Virus record (IMG/VR): IMGVR_UViG_3300017646_000172
Location: 1-44,262 of that record
DNA from: a virus
Taxonomy: Duplodnaviria > Caudoviricetes
Direction: 5' to 3' (one strand)
DNA length: 44,262 nucleotides
Shown: piece by piece, positions 24,523 to 32,427 of the stretch
Layout: each line of letters starts with the position of its first letter
Position numbering within the stretch: the first letter of the stretch is position 1
The notes under the pieces: generated by a model
Databases searched by the model: none
Told to the model about the DNA's origin: nothing
What the model saw: only the letters and a program-made list of their open reading frames with translations
Made by a program: the position numbers and the translations under genes

Positions 24523-25932
24523 ATGGCTACTTACGCTGAACAGATCGCCGCCTACGAAAACAAGCGAGCGGCAAACCTCAAGGCCATGGAAGACATCATG
24601 TCGAAGTCGGCAGAAAAGGGCGAAACTCTCGATGCTGCACAGCAGGAAGAGTTCGACGGACTTCAGGCAGACAATGACGCTATCGACAGCCACCTGAAGC
24701 GTCTCCGCACCCTGGAAAAGGCTGCGGCTGAAAAGGCAGTCCCTGCTGCTGGTGTCCGCGAAAGCGACGGCGCACAGGCTCGTGCTGGTGTGGTCGTTGT
24801 CCCTCGCGCTGAAAAGCTCGACAAGGGCATCGCATTCGCCCGTATCGCCAAGGTGAAGGCACTCGCCAAGCTCGACGGCGAGAGCGTCCGCACGGTAGCA
24901 AAAGAGCTTTACGGTGAAACCTCGTCCGTTTTCGGCTTCTTTGCCAAGGCTGCCGTACCTGCTGCAACGACCACTCATGCAACCTGGGCCGGTCCCTTGG
25001 TTGGCGACGAAACGTCGGCATTCGCTGACTTCGTGGAATATCTGCGTCCGCAGACCATTCTCGGTCGCTTCGGTGCGAACGGTATCCCGTCGCTTCGCCG
25101 TGTGCCGTTCCGCGTCCCGCTGATCGGCCAGACTTCCGGCGGTGAGGGCTATTGGGTAGGTGAAGGCAAGGCTAAGCCTCTGACCAAGTTCGACTTCGAG
25201 CGCAAGACGCTTGAACCGCTCAAGGTCGCCAATATCGCCGTTGCCACTGAAGAAGTGCTTCGCGATAGCTCGCCTTCGGCTGAAGCGATCATTCGTGACC
25301 AGCTTGTTGCGGCTCTCCGCGCTCGTCTCGATACGGACTTTATCAACCCGGCCAAGGCTGCGGTTGCTGGTACGTCTCCGGCATCGATCACGAATGGCGT
25401 CACCGCTATTCCGTCGGCGGGTGGCACGGCTGATGATGTTCGCGCCGACATTCAGAAACTGTTCGGTGCCTTCATTGCTGCGAACAATGCTCCGACCTCC
25501 GGCGTCTGGATCATGTCGGCAACTGTGGCTCTGGCTCTGTCTCTGATGCAGAACCCGCTCGGTCAGGCTGAGTTCCCGGGTATCAGCATGAACGGCGGCA
25601 CTCTGTTCGGCCTTCCCGTTATCGTTTCGGAATACGTTCCGGTCGTGACTGGTTCGACCGATCCGGATGATGACGGTGCTTATGTCGTTCTCGTCAATGC
25701 TTCCGATATCTACTTCGCTGATGACGGCGATGTGGCTGTCGATCTGAGCCGTGAAGCATCGCTGGAAATGGCCGACAACCCGGCCCACAACTCCGGTACG
25801 CCGACCCCAGCACAGCTTGTTTCCATGTTCCAGACGAACAGCGTGGCCTTCCGCGCTGAACGTACCCTGAACTGGATGGCTCGCCGTGCGAACGCGGTTC
25901 AGGTGCTCTCCGCTGTCAAGTGGGGCCAGTAA
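24523..25932 (+). CDS. Major capsid protein, HK97 fold with N-terminal delta domain
   Basis: GGAGG RBS; coiled-coil N-terminus; WVGEGKAKP, TLFGLPVIVS, MFQTNSVAFRAE motifs. Confidence 0.95.
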   Translation: MATYAEQIAAYENKRAANLKAMEDIMSKSAEKGETLDAAQQEEFDGLQADNDAIDSHLKRLRTLEKAAAEKAVPAAGVRESDGAQARAGVVVVPRAEKLDKGIAFARIAKVKALAKLDGESVRTVAKELYGETSSVFGFFAKAAVPAATTTHATWAGPLVGDETSAFADFVEYLRPQTILGRFGANGIPSLRRVPFRVPLIGQTSGGEGYWVGEGKAKPLTKFDFERKTLEPLKVANIAVATEEVLRDSSPSAEAIIRDQLVAALRARLDTDFINPAKAAVAGTSPASITNGVTAIPSAGGTADDVRADIQKLFGAFIAANNAPTSGVWIMSATVALALSLMQNPLGQAEFPGISMNGGTLFGLPVIVSEYVPVVTGSTDPDDDGAYVVLVNASDIYFADDGDVAVDLSREASLEMADNPAHNSGTPTPAQLVSMFQTNSVAFRAERTLNWMARRANAVQVLSAVKWGQ

Positions 25933-25937
25933 GCCAA

Positions 25938-25967
25938 TAGGGCGGGGCGCATTGCGCGCCCTGCCTA
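25938..25967 (+). terminator. Hairpin after capsid gene (weak terminator or stabiliser)
   Basis: GC-rich stem GGCGGGGCGC/GCGCCCTGCC with a poor U-tract. Confidence 0.45.
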
Positions 25968-25986
25968 CTCTTCCATGGAGATTGCC

Positions 25987-26154
25987 ATGAAGCATCTTTC
26001 CTATTTCGACAGAGCGATGAAATCCCCGGATCGTCGCTATCTGCGCATCTTCGAGAAGATGGGCTACCGGGAAGAACCTAAGCCGGTCGAAGAACCTGCG
26101 CCGAAGCCAAAGGCAAGGCGAAAGGCGGACAATCATCAGGACGATGACGAATGA
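25987..26154 (+). CDS. 55-aa hypothetical head-region protein
   Basis: GGAG RBS; MKHLSYFDRAMKSPDRRYLRIFEKMGY...; stop overlaps next ATG. Confidence 0.65.
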   Translation: MKHLSYFDRAMKSPDRRYLRIFEKMGYREEPKPVEEPAPKPKARRKADNHQDDDE

Positions 26155-26369
26155 TCGGCTTCATCGGGGCGGCAGAGTTCATTCAATTCATCGGTGATGG
26201 TGGAGGAGGGTCAGTCGATCCGGCGTTTCTCGTCACCGTGAACGGTGAAACTGTGACGAACAGCGGCGCACCGGTCACGTATGGAATGGACATAGACCCC
26301 GCCTTACTGGTGATGAACGATGGTTCTGTCGTCACGAATAGCGGAGCGATTGTTCTGAACGGAGCATAA
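26151..26369 (+). CDS. Small protein with internal duplication; possible head decoration
   Basis: DPAFLVTVNGETVTNSGAPV / DPALLVMNDGSVVTNSGAIV. Confidence 0.65.
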   Translation: MIGFIGAAEFIQFIGDGGGGSVDPAFLVTVNGETVTNSGAPVTYGMDIDPALLVMNDGSVVTNSGAIVLNGA

Positions 26370-26372
26370 GAA

Positions 26373-26720
26373 ATGGCTGAATTATCTACGCTCGGATCGG
26401 TCATCAAGACCGCTTACGAAGGTGAGGCGAACACAAATGCCTACACCGATGCTGAAAAGACGAAGCTTGGCGGCATCGCTGCCGGTGCCCAGGTTAACGC
26501 CGTTGCATCTGTCGCAGGAAAAACCGGTGCCGTGACGCTAGCAAAAGCTGATGTTGGACTTGGCAATGTCGACAATACGTCAGACGCCAATAAGCCAGTA
26601 TCGACGGCAACCCAGACGCTTATCAATTCCCGCCTATCTGCGGCACAGCGAACAGCAATCGACGCTCTGACCACTGGCGCTACCGTTGATGACGTGATCG
26701 CAGCCCTTCAGGCTGTTTAA
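26373..26720 (+). CDS. Head-fibre-like protein
   Basis: TDAEKTKLGGI...VASVAGKTGAVTL.KADVGLGNVDNTSDANKPVSTATQ fibre motifs. Confidence 0.75.
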   Translation: MAELSTLGSVIKTAYEGEANTNAYTDAEKTKLGGIAAGAQVNAVASVAGKTGAVTLAKADVGLGNVDNTSDANKPVSTATQTLINSRLSAAQRTAIDALTTGATVDDVIAALQAV

Positions 26721-26734
26721 GCAAGGATCATCCT

Positions 26735-28069
26735 ATGCGAGTTATGGGCATCAAAATCCCGTTCACTGGAGAACGGAAGGCTCTGTCACAGCCTACCGCA
26801 AACCGTGGCGGGTGGTTGCCTGTCATCCGCGAAAGCTTCAGCGGTGCTTGGCAACAGAATGTCGAGATCAATCGCGATCTGGCGCTGACCTATTTCGCCG
26901 TGTTCTCGTGTATGACGCTGATTGCCAGCGATATATCGAAGCTCCGCGTCAAGCTTATGCAGCGCGGTGAGGGTGGCATCTGGCAGGAAACTTCCAACCC
27001 TGCATACGATCCAGTCCTGCGCAAGCCTAACTCGATCCAGACCCGCATTCAGTTCTTCGAGAACTGGCTGTTGTCGAAGCTGTCGAATGGCAATGCGTAC
27101 ATCCTTAAGCGGCGTGACGGTCGTGGTGTTGTGACGGCGCTCTATGTGCTTGATCCGCAGCGCGTTCAGCCTTTGGTGTCCGAAAGCGGAGACGTTTTCT
27201 ATCGCCTTTCGACCGATAATATCAGCGGCATCGAACAGGATGTGATCGTACCGGCACGAGAGATCATCCATGACCGATACAACTGCCTGTTTCACCCGCT
27301 CATCGGTCTTTCTCCGCTGACGGCGGCTGGCCTTGCTGCGATGCAGGGTATCACCATCCAGAGCGATAGCGCCAACTTCTTCGCCAACAAGGGCGTTCCT
27401 TCCGGGGTTCTTACGGCACCGGGCGAAATATCGCAGCCTACTGCGGATCGTCTGAAAGAAGAGTGGAACAAGAACTATTCTGGCAAGAATGCTGGCAAGG
27501 TCGCGGTGCTGGGCGATGGGCTTGACTTCAAGAACATGGCTTTCAACGCCACGGATAGCCAGCTTATCGAGCAGTTGAAGTGGACCGCCGAAATGGTTTG
27601 CTCCACTTTCCATGTGCCGCCGTACAAGATCGGTATCGGACAGATGCCGACCTACAACAATATCCAGGCGCTGAACATCGAATATTACTCGCAGGGCCTT
27701 CAGAAGCTCATCGAGGATGCGGAAATATGCCTTGATGAAGGTCTTGGCATGAAAGATGGCATTGGCACCGAGTTCGATCTGGACGGCCTGTGGCGGATGG
27801 ACAGCAAAACCCAGATGGAAGTTTTGGAGCAGGCGAAAAGCGTTATGACGCTGGATGAGCGACGCAGGCGCATTGACTTGCCGAAGATGAAGACAGGCGG
27901 CGATACCGTCTATCTCCAGCAGCAGGATCATTCGCTGGAAGCAATCGCAGCCCGCGACAAGCAACTGATCCAGCAGGCCGATAACCCGCAACAGCCTGCC
28001 AATGACAATCCAGTTCAAGCCGAAGCCGACAAGGCCATGATTGAAATTCTCAAAGGGTTTAACCGATGA
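26735..28069 (+). CDS. Portal protein, HK97 family
   Basis: AVFSCMTLIASDISKL...PN..QT...GNAY...EIIH.RY...GLSPL...FHVPPYKIG. Confidence 0.95.
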   Translation: MRVMGIKIPFTGERKALSQPTANRGGWLPVIRESFSGAWQQNVEINRDLALTYFAVFSCMTLIASDISKLRVKLMQRGEGGIWQETSNPAYDPVLRKPNSIQTRIQFFENWLLSKLSNGNAYILKRRDGRGVVTALYVLDPQRVQPLVSESGDVFYRLSTDNISGIEQDVIVPAREIIHDRYNCLFHPLIGLSPLTAAGLAAMQGITIQSDSANFFANKGVPSGVLTAPGEISQPTADRLKEEWNKNYSGKNAGKVAVLGDGLDFKNMAFNATDSQLIEQLKWTAEMVCSTFHVPPYKIGIGQMPTYNNIQALNIEYYSQGLQKLIEDAEICLDEGLGMKDGIGTEFDLDGLWRMDSKTQMEVLEQAKSVMTLDERRRRIDLPKMKTGGDTVYLQQQDHSLEAIAARDKQLIQQADNPQQPANDNPVQAEADKAMIEILKGFNR

Positions 28070-28869
28070 CATTTGATGGCAAGGCTTTCGGCAAGGAAAT
28101 AGTCGCTGTGGTCAAGGGGTTCGTCGCTGACGAACTCAAGCCAATCGTCAAGCGCCTTGATGATCTGGAACAGCAACTCAAGGGCCTTCCGACACCGAAA
28201 GATGGCAAGGACGCAGACCCTGAAACGGTTGCCGAAATAGTGACAGGTCAGGTGCAATCCGATCTTGCCGAAATTCGGGCCGCAATCGAAGCGTGGAGCG
28301 CTCCAGAGACTGACCGTGAGGTTATACGCGGCATGGTCGAAACGGCTGTCAGTGAGGCGATTTCAGCCATACCAGTACCGAAGGACGGCAAAGACGGACG
28401 TGACGGCGTTGACGGTAAAGACGGCCTGCCGGGTGAGCGCGGTGAAAAAGGTGAATGCGGAGTTGGCGTTGCTGGCGCATTCATCGAGCGTGACGGCAGT
28501 CTTGCAGTCACACTGTCAAATGGCGAGGTGAAGAACCTCGGCCCTGTCTGCGGCAAGGATGGCGCACCGGGGCAGGATGGCAAGGATGGGATCGGGTTCG
28601 ATGATCTTGATCTTGTCGAGGACACCTCCGGCCTTTCTCTGAAATTCGTCAAGGGCGATACCGTCAAATCTTTCCCTCTGCCGGTGGTGATTGATCGCGG
28701 AGTATTCCGAGACGGTCAGACCTATCACAAGGGCAGCGGCGTCACCTGGGGCGGTCGATACTGGATTGCGCAGGAAACCACGTCAGACAAGCCAGACGGC
28801 GGGAAAAGCTGGCGTCTCGCCGTGAACAAGGGCAGGGACGGCAAGGACGCGAAGAAGGTAGGTGAATAA
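28066..28869 (+). CDS. Collagen-like (Gly-X-Y) head-associated protein
   Basis: GKDGRDGVDGKDGLPGERGEKGE repeats; WRLAVNKGRDGKD end. Confidence 0.85.
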   Translation: MTFDGKAFGKEIVAVVKGFVADELKPIVKRLDDLEQQLKGLPTPKDGKDADPETVAEIVTGQVQSDLAEIRAAIEAWSAPETDREVIRGMVETAVSEAISAIPVPKDGKDGRDGVDGKDGLPGERGEKGECGVGVAGAFIERDGSLAVTLSNGEVKNLGPVCGKDGAPGQDGKDGIGFDDLDLVEDTSGLSLKFVKGDTVKSFPLPVVIDRGVFRDGQTYHKGSGVTWGGRYWIAQETTSDKPDGGKSWRLAVNKGRDGKDAKKVGE

Positions 28870-29183
28870 TGGCCGATCTGGTTTCGCTCCAAGAGGTCAA
28901 GAATGGCCTTCGCATCGATACCGACGATGATGATGCTCACCTGAACTTGCTGATTTCTGCCGCTTCCGGTCGCGTAAAAGCTTATCTCGATGTGCGGGCC
29001 GATGAAGTCATTGACGAGAACGGCGCGACGACTGATGCGCGTGTGAAAGCCGCAACAATCATGCTGGTTGGCTACTACTACCGCAATCCAGACCAAGACC
29101 CGGATCAAGACTTTGCAGTTGGTATGTTGCCGAAGCCGGTTTCGTCCATGCTGTACCAACTACGCGACCCGATTGCGAGGTAG
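28869..29183 (+). CDS. Head-tail connector (HK97 gp6-like)
   Basis: VSLQEVK..LRID.DDDD...LI.AAS...VKAATIMLVG..Y.N. Confidence 0.88.
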   Translation: MADLVSLQEVKNGLRIDTDDDDAHLNLLISAASGRVKAYLDVRADEVIDENGATTDARVKAATIMLVGYYYRNPDQDPDQDFAVGMLPKPVSSMLYQLRDPIAR

Positions 29184-29186
29184 GAC

Positions 29187-29537
29187 ATGGCAGACAACCG
29201 CTCCGCAGGAAGCCTTTATTACAAGGTAGCGCTATTGAAGCGCGAAGACGTTGACGATGGCATGGGCAACACGGTTTCCGATTGGGTCGAGCAGTTCCAG
29301 ACCAGAGGTGAGTTCATTCACCTTCGCGGCTCTGAAACCGTCATGGCCGGTCGTCTTCAGGGCAAGCACACCCAAGTTATCCGGGTCCGCAACTCGTCAA
29401 ATACACGCCTGATATCCACGGACTGGATGCTTCGGGATGTGCGTACCGGAAAATCGTTTAATATCAGAGATATAGAGCACGAAGTTAACCGCCAGTTCAT
29501 CGCGCTCACATGCGAAAGTGGCGTAGCTACGGGGTGA
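29187..29537 (+). CDS. Head closure / head-tail adaptor (SPP1 gp16-like)
   Basis: AGSL...DDGMGN...W...GSE; position. Confidence 0.85.
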   Translation: MADNRSAGSLYYKVALLKREDVDDGMGNTVSDWVEQFQTRGEFIHLRGSETVMAGRLQGKHTQVIRVRNSSNTRLISTDWMLRDVRTGKSFNIRDIEHEVNRQFIALTCESGVATG

Positions 29538-29541
29538 TGTC

Positions 29542-29787
29542 ATGCCTTGGGTAGAGTTTACCGACGATTTCGATTGGAAGCCGAAACCGCAGATAACAAT
29601 AGCCTATCCGGCTGGTTTCAAAGGGAATGTGACAACGCCATGCGCCCAAGCTGCTGTTGCGAAGGGCGCAGCCACGAAAGCCAAGACGCCGAGGAAAGAC
29701 GATGGCAACGGGAGCACGAATAATCGGGCTGGCGAAGCTTCAAAAGAAGCTGAACGCGATGCCCCAGATCGCCAAGGACGAGATTAA
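29542..29787 (+). CDS. Small neck-region hypothetical protein
   Basis: WVEFTDDFDWKP...AY.AG...A.AAVAKGAA; 3' end overlaps the next gene. Confidence 0.6.
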   Translation: MPWVEFTDDFDWKPKPQITIAYPAGFKGNVTTPCAQAAVAKGAATKAKTPRKDDGNGSTNNRAGEASKEAERDAPDRQGRD

Positions 29788-30133
29788 AAGGGCGCTCGAA
29801 AAGTCAGCGGATGAGATCGTGGAACTAGCCAAGAACCTTGTTCCAGAGGATACCGGCGATCTTCGCAATAGCATCGGGTGGACATACGGAAAAGTTCCGC
29901 GTGGCGCAATGACACTTGGAAAAGTCTTCGCGTCAAAACTGGCAACTGATCTGACGATCACGATCTACGCAGGCAACAGTGAAGCGTATTATTCGAGATG
30001 GGTGGAATTTGGCACCCAGAAGATGGCAGCTAGACCATATTTTTATGTGTCGTATCGCGCCAACAAGAAAAAAGCGCAAAGCCGGATACGGCGGTCGATA
30101 ACAAGGGCAGCAAAGAAAGCGGCAGCGCTATGA
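29702..30133 (+). CDS. HK97 gp10-family tail component
   Basis: VPEDTGDLRNSI...WVEFGTQKMAARPYF. Confidence 0.9.
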   Translation: MATGARIIGLAKLQKKLNAMPQIAKDEIKRALEKSADEIVELAKNLVPEDTGDLRNSIGWTYGKVPRGAMTLGKVFASKLATDLTITIYAGNSEAYYSRWVEFGTQKMAARPYFYVSYRANKKKAQSRIRRSITRAAKKAAAL

Positions 30134-30534
30134 CCTCGCCAACCTATGAGCTTCAAGGGCAGATTGTTACCCTGCTGAAAGCATCAACTGAGCTAACTAC
30201 GTTGATAGGCGGTCGCATTTACGACCGGGTGCCGGAAAGCCCAACATTTCCATATGTGAGCTTTGGCCCATCCGATGAGGTTAGTGACGATGCCGACTGT
30301 ATCGACGGATTTGAAGTAACGATGCAGCTGGATGTCTGGTCTAGGGCGGTCGGATTTCCTGAGTGCCGGAGGATTGTTGACGCTGTTCGCAAGGCGTTGC
30401 CAGAAGATGGAGTATTACTCGCAGACAACGCATTGGTGACTTTCAACCACCGCATAAGCCGCATGTTTCGAGACCCAGACGGTTTGACCTCGCATGGCGC
30501 TATGACCTTCGAAGCGTTCGTAGAGCAGCCGTAG
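30130..30534 (+). CDS. Tail terminator (DUF3168)
   Basis: GRIYDRVP...FPYVSFG...LDVWSR...DPDGLTSHG. Confidence 0.9.
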   Translation: MTSPTYELQGQIVTLLKASTELTTLIGGRIYDRVPESPTFPYVSFGPSDEVSDDADCIDGFEVTMQLDVWSRAVGFPECRRIVDAVRKALPEDGVLLADNALVTFNHRISRMFRDPDGLTSHGAMTFEAFVEQP

Positions 30535-30560
30535 AATACCGAAAATTCAGTTCTGCAACC

Positions 30561-30588
30561 ACCCGCCCTTTGTGGCGGGTTTTTCTTT
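30561..30588 (+). terminator. Intrinsic terminator
   Basis: ACCCGCC-CTTTGT-GGCGGGT followed by TTTTCTTT. Confidence 0.8.
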
Positions 30589-30606
30589 GTCAAATGGAGA
30601 AACCCC

Positions 30607-31056
30607 ATGGCACAAGCCACTACCATCAAGGGCGGTAAATTCCGAGTTCTTATCGGTAACGACGCCACGCCCATCGTCTATGCTGCACCTTGCGGCTTCA
30701 CTCAGCGCTCGATCACGCTGAACAAGGGTCTGGAAGAAATCAATGTCCCAGATTGTGAAGACCCCGATAAGGTGGATTGGGTGGGCCGAGATGCGACCAG
30801 TCTTTCGATGACTGTTTCCGGCGAGGGTGTCCTAGCCGCTGAGAGTGTGGATACATGGCTGGATGCATTTGAAAGCATCGACAGCGTTCCGGTGAAGGTT
30901 GAATGGGAGTTTCCTGCGAAGACCATCACTTGGACCGGCCTTATGCATATCGAAAGCCTTGAGGCCGGTGCGCAGAATGGACAGCGCGCCACGCTCAACG
31001 TGACGATGCAGTCTGACGGTGAAATGGTCCGTGTAACTACGCCGGTAACGCCATAA
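30607..31056 (+). CDS. Major tail tube protein
   Basis: PCGFTQRSITL...VPDCEDPD...SGEGV...SDGE; position. Confidence 0.88.
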   Translation: MAQATTIKGGKFRVLIGNDATPIVYAAPCGFTQRSITLNKGLEEINVPDCEDPDKVDWVGRDATSLSMTVSGEGVLAAESVDTWLDAFESIDSVPVKVEWEFPAKTITWTGLMHIESLEAGAQNGQRATLNVTMQSDGEMVRVTTPVTP

Positions 31057-31415
31057 TGAGCCGCGATGCATCGATTGAACTAGACTTCGGCCCCGGCGAG
31101 CAGCGTTTCCGCCTCGCATGGGGCCAACTGGCCTCATTGCAAGAAGCCTGTGATGCTGGGCCTTATGTCATTCTGGAGCGCCTCATGAATGGCGCTTGGA
31201 AAATGAACGATATTCGCGAAACGATCCGCTACGGATTGATTGGAGGCGGTATGCCTCCACACGATGCCCTTAAACTGGTTCGCGAGTATGTCGAAGCTCG
31301 GCCCCCTATCGAAAGCGTCATGATTGCGCAAGCCGTGCTATCCGCTGGCCTGATGGGCGCGCCGGAGGAAAAGGTGGGGGAGCAGGACGCGGCAAATCAG
31401 ATGGAGAGCAGTTAG
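31056..31415 (+). CDS. Tail assembly chaperone (G; GTA-like)
   Basis: FRLAWGQL..LQEACDAGP...IRYGLIGGGM; between tube and tape measure. Confidence 0.85.
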   Translation: MSRDASIELDFGPGEQRFRLAWGQLASLQEACDAGPYVILERLMNGAWKMNDIRETIRYGLIGGGMPPHDALKLVREYVEARPPIESVMIAQAVLSAGLMGAPEEKVGEQDAANQMESS

Positions 31416-31618
31416 ACGATCTCCCGAACGGCAAGTTCCGGTTTGCCGCCGTCTATGGAAGCGGAGCAGTCGCCGGGTTCAGCCCGGAAGAAGTAGACCG
31501 CATGTCGATGTGGAAATACTTCGCCGCGCTGGATGGTTATATCAAAGCCAATTCACCTGATGACGGTGGGTTGAGTGCCAAGGAGAAAGACGATCTGGCG
31601 GACTGGCTGGGGATTTGA
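31376..31618 (+). CDS. Tail chaperone T segment reached by a -1 frameshift (G-T fusion)
   Basis: The -1 frame is open from G GGG GAG (31376-82) to TGA 31618 and encodes GFSPEEVDRMSMWKY..ALDGY, typical of T segments; alternative slip site G GAA AAG 31367-73. Confidence 0.7.
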   Translation, partial: GGAGRGKSDGEQLDDLPNGKFRFAAVYGSGAVAGFSPEEVDRMSMWKYFAALDGYIKANSPDDGGLSAKEKDDLADWLGI

Positions 31619-31622
31619 TGAA

Positions 31623-31648
31623 GAGAGCGCCCTATGGGGGCGCTTTTC
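31623..31648. terminator. Bidirectional terminator
   Basis: GAGAGCGCCC-TATGG-GGGCGCTTTT between convergent genes. Confidence 0.7.
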
Positions 31649-31650
31649 AA

Positions 31651-32091
31651 TTAGAACAGCATTTTGAACACGTTGCCGTTACTATCTTTGGCGATACCGT
31701 ATCCGTTTGCGGTGCCGCTGCCAGTATAGTACTCGGCGTCAACTGTGGTTCCTTTGCTGCAAGTCATAAAGGCTTGACCTTTGTTGACGCCGGGCATGAT
31801 GCCCCGCGAGACCGTGGAGCCGAATACGGCTCCATATTGCGTAAACAAAGCTCCAGTGCTCACTTGCCCAGTCTGAGGGGCGACTGATGACCACGTACCT
31901 TGACAAGTCTGACCGTCTGGCAGGGTGGCCTTTATTGGACCGCTATTGTTTTCAACGCCGATTGCCGTTGCTTTAACGACAGGTAGCGGTGTTGTTTTCG
32001 AGTAAGGGCCTTCTATTGGGTACATGCTTACATTCGCAGACATACACCCTGACAGAAATGAACACGCGGTTAGCAGTATGAGACTTCTCAT
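31651..32091 (-). CDS. Antisense moron lipoprotein
   Basis: Signal peptide with lipobox LSGC; GGGGGA RBS; Cys pair. Confidence 0.85.
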   Translation of the reverse strand: MRSLILLTACSFLSGCMSANVSMYPIEGPYSKTTPLPVVKATAIGVENNSGPIKATLPDGQTCQGTWSSVAPQTGQVSTGALFTQYGAVFGSTVSRGIMPGVNKGQAFMTCSKGTTVDAEYYTGSGTANGYGIAKDSNGNVFKMLF

Positions 32092-32102
32092 TGTTCCCCC
32101 GA

Positions 32103-32363
32103 TTAAGCGTCATGCAACTCTCTGCCAACTAACAACATGACCAGTCCAATAAGGGTCAAAGTAGCCAGCAACGTCACAACAAACAAAGATGGACCTCCAT
32201 AGGGGATTGTTCCGCTGATTTCTGCAAGCCTTTGCTTGAACATGGCCTCACCTGTGGAAAGCCTTGCGGGTGAGGAAATCCACGCCGCAACAGGAGTTGG
32301 CAGCACGAATAATGCCGCTCCTACCCAACCTAGCGGTGTAAGTCTGTATCTTTGAACGCTCAT
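32103..32363 (-). CDS. Antisense moron, two-TM membrane protein
   Basis: GGGGGA RBS before ATG 32363; two hydrophobic helices. Confidence 0.75.
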   Translation of the reverse strand: MSVQRYRLTPLGWVGAALFVLPTPVAAWISSPARLSTGEAMFKQRLAEISGTIPYGGPSLFVVTLLATLTLIGLVMLLVGRELHDA

Positions 32364-32380
32364 ATATCCCCCGACGCTTA

Positions 32381-32405
32381 ACCCGCCTGTGTGCGGGTTT
32401 TTTTT
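32381..32405 (+). terminator. Intrinsic terminator-like hairpin
   Basis: ACCCGC-CTGTGT-GCGGGT followed by a T-run. Confidence 0.7.
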
Positions 32406-32427
32406 GTTTAACAGGACATATCGCACG

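Noticed and set aside
24508-26136. 542-aa minus-strand ORF
   Set aside because: Antisense shadow of the codon-biased capsid gene; no motifs
26786-28072. 428-aa minus-strand ORF
   Set aside because: Antisense shadow of the portal gene
19039-31420. 14-nt exact match AGCAGTTAGACGAT between the large RNA (19039-52) and the chaperone stop region (31407-20)
   Set aside because: A few 14-mer matches are expected by chance in 44 kb; same-sense match with no other support
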